Shown: piece after piece, positions 50,248 through 61,815 of the stretch
How the letters are laid out: each line of letters begins with the position of its first letter
Position numbering within the stretch: the stretch's first letter is position 1
Assembly (NCBI GenBank): GCA_035084275.1
Contig: JAYJKW010000046.1
Location: 1-64,000 of the forward strand
Origin: Hydrolagus colliei
Lineage: Eukaryota
Length of the DNA: 64,000 nucleotides
Direction of reading: 5' to 3'
Position numbers and translations under genes: made by a program
The notes under the pieces: generated by a model
What the model was told of the DNA's origin: nothing
What the model saw: the letters and a program-made list of their open reading frames with translations, nothing else
The model's database searches: none

Positions 50248-50556
50248 ACACCCCTAGAGCTCCCAGTCTTTACGCCCTCCGGCCCACCTGCGGATCGCCC
50301 CCCCTCGAAGGCCAACTCACGTTCGGGTGTCTGGCCGCGGACTACTCCCCCGAGCCGGCCACTTTCAGGTGGACCTCCAATGGACGTCGCATCGCCAACG
50401 AAGGCCAAGTCAAAAGTTATCCCCCGGCGCTAAACAAGGCCGGTTTCTACACAGCCAGCAGCCACCTGACCATCCAGGCATCTCAGGTGGACATCTCTAA
50501 TCTCTGTTGTGAGGTCAGAAGCAGCAGCTGGTCAGGCGAGGCCATCTGTATCCCAG
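50248..50556 (+). CDS. IGHM: Cluster E CH1 (type 2)
   Basis: Translated by hand, open: DTPRAPSLYALRPTC..GCLAADYSP..LCCEVRSSSWSGEAICIP. Confidence 0.93.
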
Positions 50557-51018
50557 GTTAGTTTTGTGTTTCCAAAGGTACAGAGACGATCAGACAACAA
50601 CACCAACATTACCCCTGTGCAGAGCCTTTCACGCGAGGCTCGAGGAGCTGAATGGACTACTTCTGCTCCTAATGCTTATGCTCGTATGACGGTGAGCCTA
50701 ATTGGCCAGCCTTCAGCCACTCTATGCATCCGCCCACCCCCCCCCAATCTCTGGAACTCCATCCCTCAGTCCCTCCGCCTCGCTCCCTCCCTCCCTCTCT
50801 CCCTCGCTGGCCACCTTCAAATCTCGCCTCAAGACCCTCCTCTTCGATGCGCCCATCGGAAAATCCTAATCTCCCCCCACCACCCCCCCCTCCCCACCCG
50901 CCCCCACCCCCCACCCCCCCACCCCATCACATTGTCCTCCGCCTTGGGACGTCCTTCTGACGTGAAAGTCCCTGTCTGTGCCTGTCTAATTTTGTCCTTG
51001 TTGTTGTTGCGGTTGTAG

Positions 51019-51342
51019 CGGAGCCACCGTCGTCGCCCCCAGTTGTGCTCCACACACAGACGTCCCCCGAAGACATCGCGTTCGCCAACCAGGCCACCCT
51101 TCTCTGCTCAGTCTCTGGCTTCAGTCCGGACAAGCTCAGGGTTGACTGGCTGAAGGACGGGAAGGCCTTGGCCTCAGGCTTCAAGAGCTCCCCTTCACTC
51201 AATGACAATGGGACCTTCAGAACTGACAGCCGGCTGATCATCCCGGCCACAGACTGGACGAAAGACGTGGTGTATTCCTGCAAAGTCACCCATGACCCCT
51301 CCCAGACCCTCATCATCAAGAACATCACAAATTGGAGCCCAG
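51019..51342 (+). CDS. IGHM: Cluster E CH2
   Basis: TTGTAG|AEPPSSPPVV..YSCKVTH..NWSP|GTAGGG; 324 nt. Confidence 0.92.
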
Positions 51343-51830
51343 GTAGGGTTGGGATCTCCTGTAGCTCAATGGTACAGAGCACTCGCTCTCTCTCGCACAC
51401 ACACACTCACACACACACACTCACACATACACTCACAATAACCCATTCCCCACACTCACTCACACAAACTCACTCATGCACACACGCACACAAACACACT
51501 CTCACACATGCACACACACAAACTCACAAATGCACACATGCACACTCACATAAACACACTCACACACACACATGCACACTCACATACACACACACCTACT
51601 CACAATAACCCAGCCCTACACACACACACACGCACAACTAGAATCACCCAGCCCACCCCACCCCCACACACACTCACACTACGTGTTTTGTGTGTGCTAC
51701 GTGTGTGATGCGTGTGTGTGCGTACGTGTGTGTCTGTGTTGGGGGGGAGAGTATCGAAACGTGCCCAGGGTCTCCCCCTGCCCTGCCCTACCCTTGACCC
51801 TGACCTGATCTGCCCGGATTCGAACCGCAG

Positions 51831-52142
51831 GACCTCCCGATTGTCCGTCTGCTGTGCCAGAAGTCGGCGTGTCTCTGCTGCAGCCCTCACCGAGGCAGCT
51901 GCTGACGCAGCCCACCGTCACCTTGACCTGCGTCGTGAACAACGCCCCCAGCGACGTCAACGTGAGTTGGACTCGAGGACTGACGGCCTTACAGTCGACG
52001 CACGAGAGTCGCTCGGCTCGGCGAGCGGTCAGCGAGTTGGAGATTCCCGCCCAAGACTGGATGAGTAGGAAGAGATACGCCTGCCAGGCCAGCCACCCAA
52101 CCATGGCCTCTCCCAAGCGCGCAGAGATATCCAAGAGCGAAG
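51831..52142 (+). CDS. IGHM: Cluster E CH3 (type 2); alternative in-frame acceptor at 51861
   Basis: (GPPDCPSAVP)EVGVSLLQPS..YACQASH..ISKSE|GTGAGC. Confidence 0.88.
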
Positions 52143-52666
52143 GTGAGCAAAGGACGCCAGGGGTTTTCGGGACCAACGGGCTTATTGGCAACTGGAACTC
52201 CTTATCCCAACCTGCTCTCGCTCCCTCCCTCCCTCCCTCCCTCCCTCCCTCGCACCGTCCGTCCCTCCTTCCCTCCCTCCCCACATCCCACATTCCCTCC
52301 ACCTCCCTCCCTCCCTCGCCCCCTCCCACCCTCCCTCGCCCCCTCCCTCCCTCCCTCGCCCCCTCCCTCCCTCCCTCGCTCGCCCCCTCCCTCCCTCCCT
52401 GGCCTCCCTTCGAGTCGCACCTCAAGACTCTCCTCTTCGATTCACCCATCGGCAACTCCTAATATCCCCCCTACCCTCCCCCTCCCCCACATCCCCCCCC
52501 CCCCCCTCCCCCCACCCCACCCTACCCCACTACACGTCTTACCCTCACTCGGGTCTGACACAGTGAGTGTCCCTCGCCATGGGACTGCCTCCTGACGTGA
52601 AAGTGTCGCTGCGACCGTTGTCCGTTTTGTCGCGGAGGTTGATTCGAGTGTCGACTCTCCCCACAG

Positions 52667-53052
52667 TCTCCCCAGAACAGCCTTCAGTGTATCTCCTCCT
52701 CCCGTCGGCCGAGGAGCTCTCCTCTCACCAATCGGTCACCCTCACGTGCCTGGTGAAGGACTTCGCCCCCGAGGAGATCCTGGTGGAGTGGACGGTCAAC
52801 GGCCAGGCCATGAGCGAGGGCAACTACTCCAACACGGAGGTCATGGGAACCGAGGCCGGACTCAAACACTCCATGTACAGTCTGTTGTCCATCTCGAACT
52901 CCGAGTGGGAGCAGGGGAACACCTACTCCTGTGTGGTCAGACACGAATCCATGGACCAGCCCAAGACCAGATCAATCAAGAAGTCCAGCGGTAAACCCAG
53001 TTTCGTAAACCTCTCACTCGACCTGATGGACAACGCCAATGGCTGCCAATGA
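52667..53052 (+). CDS. IGHM: Cluster E CH4 plus secretory tail (type 2)
   Basis: Open; ends SGKPSFVNLSLDLMDNANGCQ*. Confidence 0.94.
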
Positions 53053-55741
53053 CGAGTTTCCCATTGGCTTCACCCGTTGGCTGCTCCTTTTGTTGGCACC
53101 TCTCTCCCCCTACCCCTTACCCTCCCCCTACCCTCCTCTCCTCCCCTCCCCTCCCTCTCCTCCCACCTCCCCCCCATCCCTAACATTGACCAATTTGAAT
53201 TCATGGAAAGAAAGTAACTCCAATAAAAAATCTTTATTGTAAGTTATGAGTCAAGGTCCCAGAGGGGAAGGTTTCATTCAATTAGTAATAATTATAATAA
53301 TAATAATAATCCCGGCGTTTGATATCGCGGCTTTTCACATCTTCTAGAATGTGTCTCAAAGCGCTTCACAGGATATACCGTAAAGTGTAGTGACTGTACA
53401 TATATTTGTGGGAGAGGGAAACAGCAGCTTCCCGCCACCTCCTGCCCGTCCCACCCACCACACGCAAAGAGCTTTACACACACACTCAGCCACACTCGAA
53501 AATAGTCAAATAAACACACCGATTCACACACAGACACACTCACACAGAGACACACTCGCACACATACACACACGCGTTCACCCAAACACTCTCCGATCCA
53601 TCCAGATTGACACACGTTCACACACACTACTGTTTACGCATGCCCAGCTAGGGTCACACACACACACACGCTCGCGTGCGCACACAATCACAGAGACTCA
53701 CACTTATTCACACACACCCGTACTCTCACACACACTCTCAGCCACCCAGGCTCACACCCACAATACATTCACACACACTCACATACGTCTCACCTTACAC
53801 ACAGTCTCACACACTGCTGTGGACCCATGACCAGCGAGGCTCACACACACACACACATACACTCGCACAGACTCTCACTCACTCACACACTCACCCATAC
53901 GCTCACAAGCAATCTCATCTACCAGGGCCACATAAAATAATACAAACACACACACAGGCCAAAATACACATACTCTCCTATCCATCCAGATTTACACACA
54001 TTCACACACACACCCAGCTAGGATCTCACACACAGACACACACACAGACTCACGATTATGAAAGCCTACACACACCCACACACACTATCAATCGTTTCTC
54101 ACTCACACACATTCACACCTACTCACAATAACCCAGTCCCCCATGCACACAAACTTAATCACTCAGCACACACACACACACTCGCACACTCACTCACTCT
54201 AACACACAGTCACTCACACACACACTCACACACTAACATTCACAACTACCCAAGATCGCAGACACACACGCACACATACATACAGTCACACCCACACACA
54301 CAANNNNNNNNNNNNNNNNNNNNNNNNNNNNNNNNNNNNNNNNNNNNNNNNNNNNNNNNNNNNNNNNNNNNNNNNNNNNNNNNNNNNNNNNNNNNNNNNN
54401 NNNNNNNNNNNNNNNNNNNNNNNNNNNNNNNNNNNNNNNNNNNNNNNNNNNNNNNNNNCTCCATCGCTGTTACACACACAGAGTAAAGTCCGCGTTTTAT
54501 TTGAAGTGAATCTGAAGTGATTGTCGACAATAAACTCCACGTCATTGTTCCCTAAGATACGAAACTTCACCTCGACTGTGAGGAACAGTGTCTAATCATC
54601 TCCCCCGCACCCCCCAGTCCCCCCACCCCCACATCCCCCACTCCCCCCACCCACCAAATCAGCCTCACACAACCCACAGGCAGCAAAGTCCTGTAGCTCA
54701 GTGGCTTAGAGACACTCACTCACTCACTCACTCACTCTTACAAGCGTGAGAGAGAGAGAGAGACCTGGGTTCGAATCCAGTCAGGTCAGGTCAAGGGGAG
54801 ACCTTGGGACAAGTTTCCTAACTCCACACANNNNNNNNNNNNNNNNNNNNNNNNNNNNNNNNNNNNNNNNNNNNNNNNNNNNNNNNNNNNNNNNNNNNNN
54901 NNNNNNNNNNNNNNNNNNNNNNNNNNNNNNNNNNNNNNNNNNNNNNNNNNNNNNNNNNNNNNNNNNNNNNNNNNNNNNNNNNNNNNNNNNNNNNNNNNNN
55001 NNNNNNNNNNNNNNNNNNNNNNNNNNNNNNTACAACTAAGTGAACTGTTGACTCCCTCTCTTTCCTGTTGCTCGAGCCTCGAGTTCTGTGGGTGTCTTGA
55101 CGTTTGACTGGGAGCTCCCGCAGCTCAGTGGGTTAGAGCAACGCACTAGCTCGCCTTACAAGCCGCGAGAGAGAGACCTGGGTTCGAATCCAGGCAGGTC
55201 AGGTCAGGGAGAGACCTCGGGACAAGTTTCCTTACTCCACACACACAGACACACACAGACACATACAAGACACACACACAGACACCACAAGACACATGCA
55301 CACAGACACACGCACACACACAAACATACAGACACACACACAGACAGACAGACAGACACAGACAGACAGACAGACAGACAGACACACGAATAATATAGAA
55401 ATCTAATAATCACATTAATGTTAATAATCACCGATCCCGGCATTGGATACGGCGGCGTTTTGTTTTCGCGTCTCGTCGACGGCGTCTCGAAGCGCTTCGC
55501 GGGATAGACCGTCAAGCGCAGTGACTGTGTGTACATGGGTATATTTGTGGGATAGAGAAACAGAGTGTGAGCTGGCTGGCCAGTCACCGAGAGCGAGAGA
55601 AAGCGACAGAAAGAGAGAGAGAGGGAAATAGAGCGTCCGGCTGAGACAAGGAGAGTGTCGAGTAACCTGTGGTTTATTGGACGGAAACAGTTTGCGTTTG
55701 AGATGTCAGGGTTCAGGCTGTGATTGAGTGTGAGACCTGAT

Positions 55742-56130
55742 TAGAAGAAACAGAGGTGATCTTACAGAAACCTATCAGATTATTAAGGGGCATTGACACA
55801 GTAGACAGTGGGAGACTGTCTCCCCTGGTTGGAGAAACCATAACTAGAGGGTCACAGTCTGAAGATGAGGGGTCAGCATTTCACACTGAGTTGAGGAGAA
55901 ACATCTTCACTCAAGAGGATAGTGAATGGATGGAATTCTCTACCCCAAAGGGCTGTGGATGCTCAGTCAGTCCCTGGACATATTCAAGACTGAGATTGAT
56001 GAGATTTCTTGACGATAAAGGGATTAAGGGGAGATGAGGACAAGGCAGGGGTTGGGCGGAGTTAGATTAGAAGATCAGCCGTGATCTTATTGAATGGCGG
56101 GGCGGACTCGAGGGGCTGAATGGCCCACTC
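55742..56130 (+). mobile_element. CR1 LINE 3' fragment (F)
   Basis: Overlaps ORF 55756-56037 with CR1-like peptides. Confidence 0.72.
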
Positions 56131-56253
56131 CTGTGTGTGTATTGACGCGTGTGGCAGGTCTAGTCCAGTGTATCTGTGGCGTCTGACCCAATTGGACAAG
56201 GGCGGAAACCTGGTGGGGGGGGGGGTCTAACTTTGCTCTCTACGCGTTTCCAG

Positions 56254-56562
56254 CCACCCCGAGAGCTCTCAGTCTTTACGCCCTCTGGCGCACCTGCGGA
56301 TCGCCCCCCCTCGAAGGCCGACTCACGTTCGGGTGTCTGGCCATTGACTACTCCCCCGAGCCGGCCACTTTCAGCTGGACCTCCAATGGATGTCCCATCG
56401 CCAACGAAGGCCAAGTCAAGAGTTACCGCTCGGTGCTCAGCAAGGCCGTTCTCTACACAGCCAGCAGCCAGCTGACCATCCAGGCATCTCAGGTGGACAT
56501 CTCCAATCTCTGTTGTCAGGTCAAAAGCAGCAGCTGGTCATTCGAGGACATCTGTGTCCCAG
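56254..56562 (+). pseudogene. IGHM: Cluster F CH1 (open, but no upstream V/D/J)
   Basis: 309 nt, ATPRALSLY..GCLAIDYSP..LCCQV. Confidence 0.85.
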
Positions 56563-57023
56563 GTTAGTTTTGTGTTTCCAAAGGTAAAAAGACGATCAGA
56601 CAACAACAACGACAACATTACCCCTGTGTAGAGCCTTTCACGCGAGGCTCGAGGGGCTGAATTGCCTATTGCTGCTCCTAATGCTTATGCTCTTATGACG
56701 GTGAGCCTAATGGGCCAGCCTTCAGCCACTCTAACCGTCCGCCCACCTCCCCCCAATCTCTGGAACTCCATCCCTCAGTACCTCCGCCTCGCTCTCTCCC
56801 TCTCTCCCTCCCTTCCTGGCTTCCTTCAAGTCTCGCCTCAAGACCCTGCACTTCGATGCGCCCATCGGCAAATCCTAATCTTCCCCCCCCCCACCCCATC
56901 ACATTGTCCTCATCTTGGTTCTGAAGCAGTGACTGTGCAGCGCCTTGGGATGTCCTCCTGACGCGAAAGCCCCTGTCTGTGCGTGTCTAATTTTGTCCTT
57001 GTTGTTGTCGCCATCGCCCCCAG

Positions 57024-57322
57024 TTGTGCTCCTCACACAGACGTCCCCCGAAGTCATCGCCTTCGCCAAGCAGGCCACCCTTCTCTGCTCAGTACTGGCT
57101 TCAGTCCAGACAAGCTCAGGGTTGACTGGCTGAAGGACGGGAAGGCCTTGGCATCAGGCTTCAAGAGCTCCCCTTCGCTCAATGACAATGGGACCTTCAG
57201 TACTGACAGCCGGCTGACCATCCCGGCCACAGACTGGAAGAAAGACGTGGTTTATTCCTGCAAAGTCACACATGACCCCTCCCAGACCCTCATCATCAAG
57301 AACATCACCAATTGGCGCCCAG
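57024..57322 (+). pseudogene. IGHM: Cluster F CH2, 1-nt frameshift
   Basis: AGTACTGGC versus AGTCTCTGGC; 299 nt. Confidence 0.82.
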
Positions 57323-57774
57323 GTAGGGTTGGGGTCTCCTGTAGCTCAGTGGTACGGAGCACTCGCTCTCTCTNNNNNNNNNNNNNNNNNNNNNNNNNNN
57401 NNNNNNNNNNNNNNNNNNNNNNNNNNNNNNNNNNNNNNNNNNNNNNNNNNNNNNNNNNNNNNNNNNNNNNNNNNNNNNNNNNNNNNNNNNNNNNNNNNNN
57501 NNNNNNNNNNNNNNNNNNNNNNNNNNNNNNNNNNNNNNNNNNNNAATAACCCAGTCCCCCCCACACACACGCACAATTAGAATCACCCAGCCCCCCCCCC
57601 CCACACACTCACACTGTGTGTGTTGTGTGTGCTACTTGTGTTTTGCGTGTGTGTGCGTACGTGTGTGTGTGTGTGCGTACGTGTGTGTGTGTTGGGGGGG
57701 AGAGTACGGAAACTTGCCCAGGGTGTCCGCCCTGCCCTGGAACCTGACTTGATTTGCCCGGATTCGAACCGCAG

Positions 57775-58086
57775 GATCTCCCGATTGCCCGCCTGCCGTG
57801 CCAGAAGTCGGCGTGTCTCTGCTGCCGCCCTCACCGAGGTAGCTGCTGACGCAGGCCACCATCACCCTGACCTGCGTCGTGACGAACGCCCCCAGCGACG
57901 TCGCCGTGAGTTGGACTCGAGGACAGACGGCCTTACAGTCGACGCACGAGAGTCGCTCGGCTCGGCGAGCGGTCAGCGAGTTGGAGATTCACGCCCAAGA
58001 CTGGACCAGTAGGAAGAGATACGCCTGCCAGGCCAGCCACCCAACCATGGCCTCTCCCAAGCGCGCAAAGATATCCAAGAGCGAAG
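57775..58086 (+). pseudogene. IGHM: Cluster F CH3, donor mutated GT to CT
   Basis: AGCGAAG|CTGAGC versus |GTGAGC in D and E. Confidence 0.85.
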
Positions 58087-58624
58087 CTGAGCAAAGGACG
58101 CCACGGGTTTTCGGGACCAACGAATAGTTTATTTGGCTTATTGGCAACTGGAACTCCTTATCCCAACCTGCTCTCGCTCCCTCCCTCCCTCGCACGCTCA
58201 CACGCTCCCTCGCTCCCTTCCCTCCCTCCGTCCCTTCCCTCCCTCCCTACATCCCACATTCCCTCCACCTCGCTCGCTCGCTCAATCGTCCCCTCCCTCC
58301 CTCACTCACTCCCTTCCCTCCCTCCCTCCATCCATCCCTCCCCACCTACCACATTCCCTCCACCTCGCTCACTCGCCTCCTCCCTCCCTCCCTGGCCTCC
58401 CTTCGAATCCCACCTCAAGACTCTCCTCTTCGATGCACCCATCGGCAACTCCCAATCTCCCTCCTTCCCTCCCCTCCCCCTCATCCGAACCCCGTCTTAC
58501 CCTCACTCGGGTCTGACACAGTGACTGTCCATCGCCATGGGACGTCCTCCTGACTTGAAAGTGTCTCTACGAGCTTCGTCCGTTTTGTCGCCGCCGTTGA
58601 TTCGAGTGTCGACTCTCCCCACAG

Positions 58625-59007
58625 TCTCCCCAGAACAGCCTTCAGTGTATCTCCTCCTGTTGGTCGAGGAGCTCTCCTCTCACCAATCGGTCAACCTCAC
58701 GTGCCTGGTGAAGGATTTCGCCCCCGAGTAGATCCTGGTGGAGTGGACGGTCAACGGCCAGGCCATGAGCGAGGGCAACTACTCCAACACGGAGGTCATG
58801 GGAACCGAGACTGGACTCAAACACTCCATGTACAGTCTGTTGTCCATCTCGAGCTCCGAGTGGGAGCAGGGGAGCACCTACTCCTGTGTGGTCAGACACG
58901 AATCCATGGACCAGAACAAGACCAGATCAATCAACAAGTCCAGCGGTAAACCCTGTTTCCTAAACCCCTCTCTCGTCCGGATGGACAACGTCAATGGCTG
59001 CCAATGA
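58625..59007 (+). pseudogene. IGHM: Cluster F CH4 plus tail, premature TAG at 58729-58731
   Basis: FAPE* then EWTVNG..MDNVNGCQ*; one codon shorter than D and E. Confidence 0.88.
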
Positions 59008-61134
59008 CGTGTTTCCCATTGGCTTCACTCGTTGGCTGCTCCTTTTGTCGGCACCTCTCTCCTCCTACCCCTTATCCTTACCCTACCCTCCTCTCCTCCT
59101 CTCTCCCCTCCCTCTCCTCCCACCTCCCTAAACCTGACTAATTTGAAGTCATGGAAAGAAAGTAACTCCAATAAAAAATCTTTATTGTAAGTTATGAGTC
59201 AAGGTCCCAGAGGGGTCGGTTTCATTCACTAATAATAATTATAATAATAATAATAATCCCGGCGTTTGTTATCGCGGCTTTTCACGTCTTCTAGACTGTG
59301 TCTCAAAGCACTTCACAGGATATAACGTAAAGTGTAGTGACTGTAAATATATTTGTGGGAGAGCGAAACACAGAGAACACACTCACACAGAGACACACTC
59401 GAACACACACACGCATTCACCCAAACACCCTCCGATCCATCCAGATTGACACACATTCACACACACTACTGTTTACGCATGCCCAGCTAGGGTCACACAC
59501 ACACACACGCGCGTGCGTGCACACACACTCAAAGAGACTCACACTCATTCACACACTCATCTGTACTCTCACACACACTCACAGCCACCCAGGCTCACAC
59601 CCACAATGATACACTCACACACACACAGGCTCACACACACTCACATCCGTCTCAATTTACACACAGTCTCACACACTGCTGTGGACCCATGACCAGCGAG
59701 GCGCACACACACACACAGACTCACACTCACTCACACACTCACCCATACGCTCACAAGCAATCTCAACTACTAGGGCCACATACAATAATACACACACACA
59801 CACACATAGGCCAATACACACATACTCTCCTATCCATCCAGATTTACACACATTCACACACACACCCAGCTAGGATCACACACACACACACAGACTCACG
59901 ATTATGAAAGCCTACACACACCCACCCACACTATCAACCATTTCACGCTCACACACACTCACACCTACTCACAATAACCCAGTCCCCTATACACACAATC
60001 TTAATCACACAGCACATACACACACTCTCGTTCACTCACTCACTCACTCACACAGTCACTCACTCACTCTAACACACAGTCACTCACACACTCTAACACA
60101 CATTCACTCACAAACTCTAACACACAGTCACTCACAAACTATAACCCACAGTCACTCACACACTCTAACACACAATCACTCACACACTCACACACTAACA
60201 TTCACAATTACCCAAGCTCGCACACACACGCACACATACAGTCGGTCACACCCACACACACAATCATAATCCCCCAGCCCACACAAACTAACACACACAC
60301 TCATACACTCACACACACTGTCACTAACACAAAGTCACTCACACACACACACACACTAACATTCACAATTACCCAAGCTCACACACCCTCACACACACTC
60401 AAACACACACACACTCACACAGACACACACATCCTCCCTTTCCCTCCATCTCTGTTACACACACAGAGTAAAGTCAGCGTTTTATTTGAAGTGAATCTGA
60501 AGTGATTTTCGACAATAAACTCCAAGTCATTGTTCCCTAAGATACGAAACTTCACCTCGACTGTGAGGGACAGTGTCTGATCACCCTCCCAACCCCCCTC
60601 CCCCCCCCCACCCCCCAAATCAGCCTCACACAAACCCACAGGCAGCAAAGTCCTGTAGCTCTGTGGGTTTGAGACACTCACTCACTCACTCTTACAAGAC
60701 CTGAGAGAGAGAGAGAGAGACCTGGGTTCGCATCCAGGCAGGTCAGGTCAGGGGGAGACCTTGGGACAAGTTTCCTTACACCACACACGCACACACAGAC
60801 ACATACAGTCACCACACACACAGACGCACGCACACAGACACACACACCTAATAATAATCCCTTTTTAATAAACATCGGCCATTTTCAACCCACTGTTGGC
60901 TCTGTGTGTGTTTGTGTGTGTGGGGGGGGGGGGGCTACGCTGCCGTGCGCAATCGGCTGCGGATCGCGTTTTGCTCTCCCCACAGATATACACACTGTCA
61001 CTACACTTGACAGTCTATCCCGCGAAGCGCTTTGAGACGCGGCCGGTGAGACGCGAGAAGCGGCGACATCAAACGCCAGGATTATTGTTATTAATATTAA
61101 TATTATTATATATCTCCGGGTTGTATCCGCACAG

Positions 61135-61265
61135 ATTCCTCAGCCGAGATGACGCTGGAGGGTTTCTCATCAGATGAAAGTGGCAACCTCTGGCCTACAG
61201 CTTCCACCTTCATCATCCTCTTCTTCCTGAGTATGTTCTACAGCGCCACCGTCACTCTGATTAAG
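61135..61265 (+). CDS. IGHM: TM1 exon after cluster F, intact
   Basis: DSSAEMTLEGFSSDESGNLWPTASTFIILFFLSMFYSATVTLIK. Confidence 0.92.
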
Positions 61266-61806
61266 GTGAGGAGACGGTAACTCACGAACGAACGAACGAA
61301 TGAACAAACAAACAAGTGAACTCAAGCACTCACTCCCTCCCCCCCCCACTCCCTCCCTCCCCCCCCTCTCTCCCTCGCTCGCTCACACACTCACTCACAC
61401 ATTCACGAATGAACGAGCGAACGAACAAGCGAATGAACAAGTGAACGATCGAGCGAACGAATGAACGAACGAACGAACGAACTCACGAGTGAACTCAGGA
61501 GTGAACTCGCTCACCCACCCACCCACCCACTCACTCGCGAACGAACGAACAAACGAGTGAACTCGTTCACTCACACGCCTTACAAGTGTGAGGGACCTGT
61601 GTTCGAATCCAGGGCAGGTCAGGTGAGGGTCAAACTTNNNNNNNNNNNNNNNNNNNNNNNNNNNNNNNNNNNNNNNNNNNNNNNNNNNNNNNNNNNNNNN
61701 NNNNNNNNNNNNNNNNNNNNNNNNNNNNNNNNNNNNNNNNNNNNNNNNNNNNNNNNNNNNNNNNNNNNNNNNNNNNNNNNNNNGTATCTTTCATTTTATT
61801 TTCCAG

Positions 61807-61815
61807 GTGAAATGA
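61807..61815 (+). CDS. IGHM: TM2 exon after cluster F (VK*)
   Basis: TTTTCCAG|GTGAAATGA; AATAAA at 62048. Confidence 0.88.
   Translation: MK

Noticed and set aside
55756-56037. Active LINE ORF2 or a transposase/RAG-like gene
   Set aside because: Only a short, frameshifted CR1 3' remnant; no long ORF of this kind in the window
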